This document shows, one piece after another, positions 1 through 8,584 of a DNA stretch of 64,000 nt (position 1 is its first letter; every line of letters starts with the position of its first letter). Position numbers and translations under genes: made by a program. The stretch covers positions 1,344,001 through 1,408,000 of the forward strand of contig OY969699.1 of assembly GCA_963702025.1 (NCBI GenBank), in the 5' to 3' direction. The DNA comes from an uncultured bacterium. Lineage in GTDB: Bacteria; Babelota; Babeliae; Babelales; Vermiphilaceae. The notes beneath the pieces are model-generated. The model made no database searches and was not told the DNA's origin. It worked only from the letters and a program-made list of their open reading frames with translations.

Positions 1-166
1 GTGCCTTTACCGGTTATTTTTGAAAAAATAGATGAAAATTTATTCGTGAGAAAATCAAACATGGTAATCCTGAAAAAAAGATTTTATTCAAGTTTATCAA
101 AAAAAAGAATTATTGTATTATTTCATAGTCAACGTCTGTTTTCCCCTTAAAGAATAAAGTGAAACC

Positions 167-646
167 ATGAAAAAAATATCCTACTGTTTTCTCGCATTAT
201 TATTCGCAATCAAAATGAATGCTAATCCTTGGAAAGCGATCAGAGAATCGGCACAACAATCATTTGCCACTGCGCGCACTCATCTGATTCCAGCAATCAA
301 AATTATTGGTGGATTACAACTCAGCACAGCTGGCGCTATTCAGGGCGCTGAGGCAATTGCCCAAGGCTATAAAGGAATTAAAAAAACAATCGCCGGCACC
401 TATGAGAACGATTATAAAGAATACTTAGCCGCTCTTAAACAACATCAAGAAGAAAAAGCAAAGCATACCGATGGCGGTGGCGTTTTGGGAGGAATTATGC
501 TGCTTGCATATACAAACAAACCGAGAGCCCCCCGTGCTCCCAGCGAGTATTATAAAACTGCTGCAGCCAAAACGGCTCTGAGTCTTTCATTACTTGCCAC
601 GGGCATGTATCTCTTTGGCAATGGTATTAATGCTATCAAGAAGTAA
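167..646 (+). CDS. Hypothetical exported/membrane protein
   Basis: 159-aa ORF with an N-terminal signal-peptide-like segment and Gly/Ala-rich hydrophobic stretches; no family recognised. Confidence 0.6.
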   Translation: MKKISYCFLALLFAIKMNANPWKAIRESAQQSFATARTHLIPAIKIIGGLQLSTAGAIQGAEAIAQGYKGIKKTIAGTYENDYKEYLAALKQHQEEKAKHTDGGGVLGGIMLLAYTNKPRAPRAPSEYYKTAAAKTALSLSLLATGMYLFGNGINAIKK

Positions 647-729
647 CAAGATCAATAATATATCTCCCAGGGCAGAAGAATCTATTTTCTGCTTCCACAT
701 AATTAGAAAAACATCTATACTTACCTATT

Positions 730-1833
730 ATGGCAAGAAAAAATGAATACCTCACCCATGTATATCCTAAAACACTCGTTGTCGGCATCGAGGCTCCTTA
801 TAATAAGACGGTGAATATCGATTCTTATTTTCAGGAATTCCTTAATTTGGTAAAAACAAATGGGATCCCCTATGAAGAAGCTATCTTTATTAAGCTGCGT
901 GAAATTGATCCCGGGTACTTTTTAACCAAAGGGAAACTCCAGGAGCTCAAAGAACTGGTAGAAAAATTATCTATTAAAGAGATTATTTTTTCTGAACCAT
1001 TTTCGGTGCAGCAAGAGCGGAACCTCAACGACTTTTTACATTGCAAAATTTATGACCGCACCCGTTTAATTTTAGAGATTTTTGAAAAAGCGGCCCATAC
1101 CGCCGAAGGCAAAATCCAAGTGGCGATTGCCATGTTGCAATTTGATAAATCTCGCTTGGCCGGGCAGGGAATTTTCCTTTCCCAACAAGCGGGCGTTATT
1201 GGTAACCGCGGACCGGGTGAAACATTAAAAGAACGGGAAACACGGCACATTGAAAACGCCGTACTTAAATTAAAACGGCAATTAGAATCTCTTGCAAAAG
1301 CACGTGAAACACAACGCAAGCGCCGCTTGATGAGCAACATACCGCTCATTTGCTTGGTTGGGTACACCAACGCCGGCAAATCAACCATTCTCAATGCGCT
1401 GACCAAAAGTAATGTGCTTGCCGAAGACAAACTGTTTGCCACCCTTGATACCACAACGCGCGAACTCTACATCGATGGCAACAAAAAAGCGTTAATTTCT
1501 GACACAGTTGGTTTTATTCAACAACTGCCCCATCAACTCATTGAAGCATTTAAATCTACCTTATCCGAATTACAGTTTGCCGATCTGCTTTTGCACGTGA
1601 TTGATATTTCTGACGCAAACTGGGGATCCCATATAAAAGTGGTTCTTGCAATTTTGCGAGAAATTAATGTTGATAAACCAATGCTCTATGTTTTTAATAA
1701 AGCAGATAAAGTTGTTGACAGTGCGCAATTGGAGCAATCTATTGCTGCGTATCAACCACATGTAATTATTTCTGCCAATTCAAAAGAGGGCTTGCAGCCA
1801 CTCGTCGAATACCTCCGCAATTGGAAAAGATAG
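730..1833 (+). CDS. hflX: Ribosome-splitting GTPase HflX
   Basis: Motifs DRTRLILEIF, GNRGPGET, GYTNAGKST (G1), LFATLDTT, DTVGF (G3), NKAD (G4). Confidence 0.97.
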   Translation: MARKNEYLTHVYPKTLVVGIEAPYNKTVNIDSYFQEFLNLVKTNGIPYEEAIFIKLREIDPGYFLTKGKLQELKELVEKLSIKEIIFSEPFSVQQERNLNDFLHCKIYDRTRLILEIFEKAAHTAEGKIQVAIAMLQFDKSRLAGQGIFLSQQAGVIGNRGPGETLKERETRHIENAVLKLKRQLESLAKARETQRKRRLMSNIPLICLVGYTNAGKSTILNALTKSNVLAEDKLFATLDTTTRELYIDGNKKALISDTVGFIQQLPHQLIEAFKSTLSELQFADLLLHVIDISDANWGSHIKVVLAILREINVDKPMLYVFNKADKVVDSAQLEQSIAAYQPHVIISANSKEGLQPLVEYLRNWKR

Positions 1834-1919
1834 TTGTATTTTGATTCATTTTGTGTATAAGCTTTAAACGATTTTTTGAAGTCGTTTAAAACGTATATTT
1901 TCAAAAAGGAGTCCTCACT

Positions 1920-2648
1920 ATGTTTTCTTACACTAAAGCATTACCACTTGCTTTGCTCATTTCTCTTCCGGCAATTGCAATGGAAAATGAAGCGGCAAAA
2001 CCAACTTCAGCACAATTAGCTACAACAACTTGGATCACTAATAATCTTAATAACGGCGCTGAGGGTCTTAACAATTTAAAACAAAGAATTTCTGATAAAA
2101 ACGATAGGATAACGGGTCTTACTAAAGATTTAGATGCACTTAGCTTAGACACAGCAGCAAAAAGAAATATGCTCAAACAGCTTCCGACAGAAGAAAAAAA
2201 TAAACAATCTGAATATATGAAAAATCTTGCGACACAAACGGCACTGCTCAAAAAAGATTATTTCTCAACTATCGAAATCGAAACACAACAAAAAATTAAG
2301 AGCAATGAAGAAGAAATCAAAAAAGTGGATGCGGAAATAGCATCTCTTGTTCAATTTAAAAAAGAATATCTTGAAGACATCAAGAAATTTAAGCAGGAAG
2401 AAGAAACTGCAAAAGCAAATTACGTAAAAAAAATCCAGACGCAAAATGAAACGGCAAAAAAAGAACAATTCTCGGAGATTGAAAAAGGTGTCAAGGCGAA
2501 AGAAACAGAAATTAATGCCGAAATAACAAACCTACAAGAAAAAATACAAGAACTACAAAAAAATAAAGAAACCATACAACAAGAAGTTGCTGAGTTAAAA
2601 CAATTGCAGCCGGGATGGTGGAATTGGTTGCTTACCAAAAATTCTTAA
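1920..2648 (+). CDS. Secreted coiled-coil hypothetical protein
   Basis: AAGGAG SD, signal peptide ending AIA|ME, K/E/Q-rich heptads, Trp-rich C-terminus (PGWWNWLL). Confidence 0.75.
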   Translation: MFSYTKALPLALLISLPAIAMENEAAKPTSAQLATTTWITNNLNNGAEGLNNLKQRISDKNDRITGLTKDLDALSLDTAAKRNMLKQLPTEEKNKQSEYMKNLATQTALLKKDYFSTIEIETQQKIKSNEEEIKKVDAEIASLVQFKKEYLEDIKKFKQEEETAKANYVKKIQTQNETAKKEQFSEIEKGVKAKETEINAEITNLQEKIQELQKNKETIQQEVAELKQLQPGWWNWLLTKNS

Positions 2649-2668
2649 TTTCTCACGATCAATGAAAC

Positions 2669-2706
2669 GGCGCTGCACCTATGCCTAAAAGTGTGGCGCC
2701 TTTTTT
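2669..2706 (+). terminator. Rho-independent terminator
   Basis: GGCGCTGCAC...GTGTGGCGCC stem followed by TTTTTT, directly after the 1920 gene. Confidence 0.6.
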
Positions 2707-2723
2707 ATAATAAGGAGTTTGAC

Positions 2724-3839
2724 ATGAACATACGTACTCAATGTAGCCTCTTTTGTATGATGCTTGTGCTTTGTCTTTCGGTGAGCGCGAGTCAAGGTCC
2801 ACGAAAAAAACCATTAACGTTGCAAGATTTTTTACCAAAGACATTAGCAGATGTATTATCCCCAAAAAATCAACGCAAAGAATTACTAAAACGGACTGCA
2901 ATTCCTGATATTGTTGCGGCACAAAAAATTGAAACGAGCTCAATAGCTCCCGTCACCGATTCTCAATCGGAATCAAAAAATGTGATCGTTACTGATCTGC
3001 CTGGTCTTTTTGATATAAAAAAAATGGAAGCTGATTTGCATAACCAACAAAAAGAATTATCTAAACGTACTGTGGCGGACATTCTTGATGATATGAAAAA
3101 GGTTGAGTTGTTAAAAGATTCGCAGCCTGAAGAATTTCATGATAAATTAGCAAATCTATGTTTTGAGGTTGCCAATCTTGAGCAAATCAAAAGATTTGAA
3201 AAAGCAAAATATTTAGAGCAGTTCAGACTTCACGCCAATGAGGCAGAGGAAATAAAAAAATCATACCAACCTTTAGAGGGTCAGATTGAGCAGTTAAAAA
3301 CTGAAAACAATTTTTTCCCAATTATTCGACTGTATGAACAATTAATCGTTCTATCAAAATCTGAGAAACGATCCAATCATTACCAAGCAGAGTTAGCCAA
3401 AGTTAAAACATTGTGCTTGCGCCAAGGAATAGAACAAACTATAAAAAATGCTGCCCAAACAAAAAATTATGCTGAACTAATTGCCGCATACGGCACATTA
3501 GCTGAAACGTACGACACCGTAGAAGAAAAATCCTCAATCGATCAAAAAATATCAGACATAGAAAAAGAAATCATTGAAAATGAATATCAAGAAAAATTAT
3601 CAATCATTGAAAAGGAACAACAAGAAATAACTGCCAATAAAAAAACACTCGATGCGACCGGACTTCATCAAGCAAGCTTATGTTTAAAGAAGAAAGCTAA
3701 TTTGGCGACTAAGTATCCCGCTCATCTGCAAGATCACGCCGATGACGCAAAACGAGCAGACCAACTTCATTGGCAGGCACTTGGAAGAGCGAAAGATAAA
3801 ACGCTCGAAGAGAAAATAAGAAAGGAATTTGGAAAATAA
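2724..3839 (+). CDS. Secreted helical/coiled-coil hypothetical protein
   Basis: ATG at 2724 follows AAGGAG; signal peptide; charged helical body with a short internal repeat (QRKELLKRT / QQKELSKRT). Confidence 0.7.
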   Translation: MNIRTQCSLFCMMLVLCLSVSASQGPRKKPLTLQDFLPKTLADVLSPKNQRKELLKRTAIPDIVAAQKIETSSIAPVTDSQSESKNVIVTDLPGLFDIKKMEADLHNQQKELSKRTVADILDDMKKVELLKDSQPEEFHDKLANLCFEVANLEQIKRFEKAKYLEQFRLHANEAEEIKKSYQPLEGQIEQLKTENNFFPIIRLYEQLIVLSKSEKRSNHYQAELAKVKTLCLRQGIEQTIKNAAQTKNYAELIAAYGTLAETYDTVEEKSSIDQKISDIEKEIIENEYQEKLSIIEKEQQEITANKKTLDATGLHQASLCLKKKANLATKYPAHLQDHADDAKRADQLHWQALGRAKDKTLEEKIRKEFGK

Positions 3840-3979
3840 ATCAATATCGGAATTATCTTGATGGTTCATCGCAACTGGTGAACCATCAATTATTTCTATC
3901 AACCAACGCTATTCTTTGATACACTAATTTTCGCTTACGGTCCCATTTTAAATCTATTTTGCCCGGCGAAAAGAATTTC

Positions 3980-6247
3980 ATGAACATAGAAAACATTCAT
4001 CGTTTTAATACATTTTTGCAAAACAATTTAAATGCCGCGCAGCGTGAAGCGGTTACCCATCAGACCGGATCGGTGTTAATTGTTGCCGGTGCCGGATCAG
4101 GAAAAACACGCGTTATCACCACACGCATTACTCATTTATTGCTCAATCATCAGGCATTGCCCGCAACTATTTTGGCATTAACATTTACCAATAAGGCCGC
4201 TCTGGAGATGAAAGAGCGGATAGAAACTTTTCTTGAGCGCAAACATGATCTTCCCTTTGTTGGCACATTCCATTCATTTTGTTTGCGGTTGCTCAAACAA
4301 CAGAGCGAACTTTTGGAAAATCCATTTTTTTCTATCTTGGATGAAGATGATCAACATAAAATTCTACAATCTATCATAGCCAAATCAGGGTTACAAAAAA
4401 AAATAACCGCAAAACAGCTTGCCTATCAAATCTCACAAATTAAAAATCAAACTATTGATCCGCAAAGCCATGATCTCATTTCACTCAATCCACTCATCCG
4501 TGAGGTGTATCATGCGTATGAACAGGAAAAACGGGCAAGCAAATGTTTGGATTTTGATGATCTTCTTTTGGAGGTAGTAAAACTTTTTAAAAAACATGAA
4601 TCATTAAAAAATGATTTTCAGAACCAAGTGCGCCATATTTTAGTTGATGAATATCAAGATACTAATGTGGTGCAACATGAGTTACTTAAGCAGATGGCGC
4701 TGACTAGCGGGAAAAAAACTAAACTCGCCGTTGATTCACTCTGTGCCGTCGGCGATGAGGACCAATCAATTTATTCCTGGCGCGGCGCCACCGTGAGTAA
4801 TATCATGAATTTTACCAACGATTTTTTGGGCACCAAAATCATCAAGATCGAACAAAATTACCGCTCCGTGCAGCCGATCCTTGATTTGGCCAATATGGTA
4901 ATTGAGCAAAATACCAACCGTAATCCCAAAAACCTGTGGTCAGAGAAACAGGGAACTGATCGAATCAGATTATGCGCCTTTTTATCCGAATACCAAGAAG
5001 CTGAGGCTATTGCCCATTGTTTAAAAGCCGCGGTTGCTAAAAAACAAAAGTTAAATACGATTGCACTGCTCTATCGGACCCATTTTCAATCACGTGCCTT
5101 GGAAGAAGCACTATTAAAACATTCGATTCCGTATAAAATTATCGGCGGCATCCAATTCTATGAACGCAAAGAGATCAAAGATATTTTGGCGTATTTAAAA
5201 TTGGTAGTAAATCCATTCGATCGCCCTTCATTATTCCGTGTTATTAACAGCCCTTTGCGTGGCCTTGGCAATAAATTTGAAGAATTATTTCACCAAACAT
5301 GGAACAGCAATCTGTTTGCCACATTTAAAGATATTGCCGCAACATTAATTGAAACAAAAGAAGTAACCGGCACCAAAAAAGATGCGCTCGTTGATTTTGT
5401 AAAATTATTTGAATCGCTCCAGCATACGGATAAACCCAGCAAAGCGGTGGAATATTTTATAAGCGCCACCCGTTATTTTTCTTATTTAAAAGAGAGTTAT
5501 GATCCTGAAGAGGCAATGAGCAAAATAGACAACGTAAAAGAACTATTAAAAGCGATTGATCATCTTGAAGCACAAAAAAATCTTACTCTTGCCGATTTTC
5601 TTGATGAAGTAGCACTCATGCAGGCGCAAATTCAAGCAGAGAGTAATGAAAAGGATCCGGTCCTGCTCATGACATTGCATGCGGCAAAAGGGTTGGAGTT
5701 TGATACGGTAATCTTGGCCGGCCTTGAAGAAGGATTATTGCCCAGCTCCCGTTCTTTAACACTGGAAGAATCTATCGAGGAGGAACGGCGCCTCTTTTAT
5801 GTTGGCATCACCCGCGCACAAGAACGGTTATTGCTTACCTATTCGCGGTATCGCTACAACTATGGCACCATGACCGATCAACGCCCTTCCCGCTTTATAC
5901 AAGATATACCACCCGGCACGGTGCCGACGTTTGACGCTTCATACTGGAACACGCTGCAAATGAGCCAATTTTTTAACGGGTGGGCTAAGAATCCTAATAA
6001 CGCCGACTTGTCCGTCGTACCTATCCGGCCAAGCCTTGGCCAAGACGGATCGAACCATAAAAAAACTGAAACCAAATCAAAACTTGTCCCTGCCATATTC
6101 AAAAAAAATCAACCGGTATCTCATCAAAAATTTGGCATCGGCATCGTCGAAGATATTGAACTGCGCGCCAATGGCATCACCTATTTGCAGGTAAAATTTA
6201 AAAGCGGCAGCAAGAAGCTCGATGCAAGTTTTTTAAAAACAATGTGA
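3980..6247 (+). CDS. uvrD: ATP-dependent DNA helicase UvrD/PcrA
   Basis: AGAGSGKT, TFTNKAA, LVDEYQD, VGDEDQSIYSWRGA, QNYRS, TLHAAKGLEF, EERRLFYVGITRA and a C-terminal Tudor-like VSHQKFGIG. ATG at 3980 preferred over TTG at 3959. Confidence 0.96.
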   Translation: MNIENIHRFNTFLQNNLNAAQREAVTHQTGSVLIVAGAGSGKTRVITTRITHLLLNHQALPATILALTFTNKAALEMKERIETFLERKHDLPFVGTFHSFCLRLLKQQSELLENPFFSILDEDDQHKILQSIIAKSGLQKKITAKQLAYQISQIKNQTIDPQSHDLISLNPLIREVYHAYEQEKRASKCLDFDDLLLEVVKLFKKHESLKNDFQNQVRHILVDEYQDTNVVQHELLKQMALTSGKKTKLAVDSLCAVGDEDQSIYSWRGATVSNIMNFTNDFLGTKIIKIEQNYRSVQPILDLANMVIEQNTNRNPKNLWSEKQGTDRIRLCAFLSEYQEAEAIAHCLKAAVAKKQKLNTIALLYRTHFQSRALEEALLKHSIPYKIIGGIQFYERKEIKDILAYLKLVVNPFDRPSLFRVINSPLRGLGNKFEELFHQTWNSNLFATFKDIAATLIETKEVTGTKKDALVDFVKLFESLQHTDKPSKAVEYFISATRYFSYLKESYDPEEAMSKIDNVKELLKAIDHLEAQKNLTLADFLDEVALMQAQIQAESNEKDPVLLMTLHAAKGLEFDTVILAGLEEGLLPSSRSLTLEESIEEERRLFYVGITRAQERLLLTYSRYRYNYGTMTDQRPSRFIQDIPPGTVPTFDASYWNTLQMSQFFNGWAKNPNNADLSVVPIRPSLGQDGSNHKKTETKSKLVPAIFKKNQPVSHQKFGIGIVEDIELRANGITYLQVKFKSGSKKLDASFLKTM
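6005..6058. repeat. Palindromic REP-like element in frame inside uvrD
   Basis: TCCGTC(6011-16)...GGCCAAG-C-CTTGGCC(6027-41)...GACGGA(6044-49); GC-rich compared with its flanks. Confidence 0.55.
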
Positions 6248-6251
6248 TCTT

Positions 6252-6812
6252 CTATTCCTCATCTTCAGGCATTATTACTTGTTGAAATGGTGTAACGGCG
6301 CCCACACTAATTTTGGCAGCAAGCGGCTTGGCTTGATAAAACAATGGTTTGCCTTCTTGCGTTAATGATTCAATATCCGCATTTTCATCAAGCATAAGAT
6401 CTTTGCCGATCACCATACCGTTGGGCAGCTTTATGCCATCGGCCGGTGTGATGAAATACCCTTTTTTGGTGCGCACAATCATATAATCTTCTTCTTTGAA
6501 TGTTTGCACTTGGGAAACATACGGACCATCCCATTTATCCGGGTGTGCCAAATTCATCGAACCGAGTTCCGAACCAACAAACCCATCTTTTTTAATATTC
6601 AAAAAATCGATTCTATTCTTTTGATAATCGAAATTCAAAATGCCGGCCGTTTTATTTATTCGGTCAAAGATATCGGCAAGTTGCGCGATGTCTTGCGCCA
6701 ATGTTTGCCCCCTATTTTCTTGAATCGCGTGGGGAAAATACAAAAGCGTTATGGCAATCAACGCGCCAATAATGCCAATAGTGAGCACGGAAAAGAGTAT
6801 TTTTCGTTTCAT
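6252..6812 (-). CDS. Membrane-anchored protein, possibly GspG/pseudopilin-like
   Basis: Single N-terminal TM helix, then an amphipathic helix and a KWDGPY motif recalling GspG W-x-GPY; no prepilin G|F cleavage motif. Confidence 0.5.
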   Translation of the reverse strand: MKRKILFSVLTIGIIGALIAITLLYFPHAIQENRGQTLAQDIAQLADIFDRINKTAGILNFDYQKNRIDFLNIKKDGFVGSELGSMNLAHPDKWDGPYVSQVQTFKEEDYMIVRTKKGYFITPADGIKLPNGMVIGKDLMLDENADIESLTQEGKPLFYQAKPLAAKISVGAVTPFQQVIMPEDEE

Positions 6813-6910
6813 GGGATTCCTTTTTTATATGCCTATTTATATACCAAAGCAAATTTTATGCAATAGAACTTATGCGTAATAAGCTGCATAAAAAATGAAT
6901 TCTCCAGAAA

Positions 6911-7021
6911 CCGTTCGTGGTGAGTGCGAACGCAGTGAGCGTATCGAACCATAATTGGAAAAATTCAAATCATAAGCACCCTTCGATACGCCGCTCTTCG
7001 AGCGGCACTCAGGGCGAACGG
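6911..7021. repeat. Inverted pair of REP-like palindromic units
   Basis: 6911-6950 reads CCGTTCGTGGTGAGTG...CGTATCGAACC; the reverse complement of 6979-7021 reads CCGTTCGCCCTGAGTG...CGTATCGAAGGG. Confidence 0.8.
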
Positions 7022-7063
7022 CTAGTGGTTTTTTCAGTTAGATAAAATAATAACGCATAGGAT

Positions 7064-7190
7064 TTATCCACTATAACGGTAAAAATTGTGGATAAAAAAA
7101 GACAATTCGAACAAAATTTTATTAATAATAGATTTTAGTAATTATTATTTGCTAATTGTAAAAAAGTAGGGAAGGGTGGCCGTGTCCACA
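7064..7190. promoter_or_regulatory. DnaA-box-like motifs around an AT-rich tract
   Basis: TTATCCACT at 7064-72, perfect TGTGGATAA at 7087-95, GTGTCCACA at 7182-90. Confidence 0.4.
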
Positions 7191-7324
7191 CTCTTTGTGT
7201 TTGATTTCTTAATTTACTGAGTAATTTTATCGCGTATCATGCTAATAACTCATAGAAATTTGACTATAGAGCACTAAACAATAATCTATAGTATGCAACA
7301 TAATTTTAACCTTCTGTAAAGAAA

Positions 7325-8548
7325 ATGAAAATTAAGCTACTCATACACATAATCATTTTCAGCGTATCTCCTGTTCATCTTATGGCAATGGAATTGCCTT
7401 CCCGCTTGGAAACTGGTGCTCACCATAGCGCGCAACGGATCATCAAAAGACAACAAATTTTTAACGCACTCTTACAAAAAGGATATTTCGAAAACCTTCC
7501 GGCCGAAATAAAAGCACATATTTGCTTTTATTTATTGCGATCTTACGTTTACAAACGCAAAACCACAAAAAGAAAAGTCCAAAAGGATATACGCAATTAT
7601 TTGTTAACCTGCAAAAGAACTGCCTACAGTCTAAACCTTAATGAAGCACTTCTATCAATGATACAAAAAAAATATTCGTGTACTGCTTTTGACGCACTCA
7701 AATTTTTAGGCGCAACGGCAGCTCGGGCTTTTGGTATAATTCATGATACGGTCCCTTCTTTTGATATTATTGATAAAAAAGCTAGTCGTTTCATTCGCAG
7801 AGAAGAGAGGAATGAAGCCATAAATTGGAGAATTTTTGGTATTTGCGCCGGAATTCTAAAAAAAAATCAATACATCAAAGATATGCTATTAATGAAAGCC
7901 ATAGAAATAAATGATGTAGATGCTACAAAATGGTTATTAGAAAAAAAAGCAGACCCAAATATTGAGGGTGACAATAACTCTTATAGCGCTATTCAGAAAG
8001 CGGCTATAAAAGGAAATCAGGAAATAATACGATTACTGCTGGCAGCAGGTGCTAACCTTCAGGTAAAAAATTGTTACTACCCTTCCGCATTAGCTGAGGC
8101 AGTATCTTATGGCCATGTGCAAGCAGTACAACTTCTTTTAGAGGCCGGAGCTGATAGTAATCAAATACGCAGCAAAGATAGAAATTTGTTATTTGTCGCC
8201 GTAAAATATGCACAAACAGAAAATGACAATCGTGTTAAAATAACCGAATTATTAATACGCCATGGGTGCAGTGTGAATCATGCTTCATCACAATTTGATG
8301 CCAGCTATCTCAGGCGGGGTCCCGCTGGATGCACCGCCTTACATGAAGCGGCAGCCAATGGAAATCGCAAATTAGTTGAAATATTACTCAAAGCAGGCGC
8401 TAATCCCTATCTTGAAGGCTCTCATTCTTGTTTCGATTGGAAGCAAAAAAACGCTATTGATTTTTGCGAACAATATTGCACCACTACTAATAAACAAGAA
8501 ATTCTTGCCCTACTGCGTGAAAAATCAAAAGCAAAGGGCGGGAAATAA
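7325..8548 (+). CDS. Secreted ankyrin-repeat protein with N-terminal F-box-like motif
   Basis: Signal peptide (LMA|ME), YFENLPAEIKAHICFYL, and about 5 ankyrin repeats (e.g. TALHEAAANGNRKLVEILLKAGANP). Confidence 0.85.
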   Translation: MKIKLLIHIIIFSVSPVHLMAMELPSRLETGAHHSAQRIIKRQQIFNALLQKGYFENLPAEIKAHICFYLLRSYVYKRKTTKRKVQKDIRNYLLTCKRTAYSLNLNEALLSMIQKKYSCTAFDALKFLGATAARAFGIIHDTVPSFDIIDKKASRFIRREERNEAINWRIFGICAGILKKNQYIKDMLLMKAIEINDVDATKWLLEKKADPNIEGDNNSYSAIQKAAIKGNQEIIRLLLAAGANLQVKNCYYPSALAEAVSYGHVQAVQLLLEAGADSNQIRSKDRNLLFVAVKYAQTENDNRVKITELLIRHGCSVNHASSQFDASYLRRGPAGCTALHEAAANGNRKLVEILLKAGANPYLEGSHSCFDWKQKNAIDFCEQYCTTTNKQEILALLREKSKAKGGK

Positions 8549-8563
8549 ATAAAAAGCCCGCCC
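8536..8563. terminator. Terminator hairpin between convergent genes
   Basis: GGGCGGG...CCCGCCC stem with a U-rich run on the minus strand; lies downstream of the 9970 gene. Confidence 0.55.
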
Positions 8564-8584
8564 TATATAATTCTATGTTATCAA

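Noticed and set aside
7064..7190. Firm oriC call
   Set aside because: Only one perfect DnaA box, no dnaA/dnaN/gidA context, and highly expressed genes would be head-on to it; kept only as a low-interest finding.
7263..7292. ACTATAGA...TCTATAGT inverted repeat as an operator
   Set aside because: Single AT-rich 8-bp instance; I found no second copy in the window.
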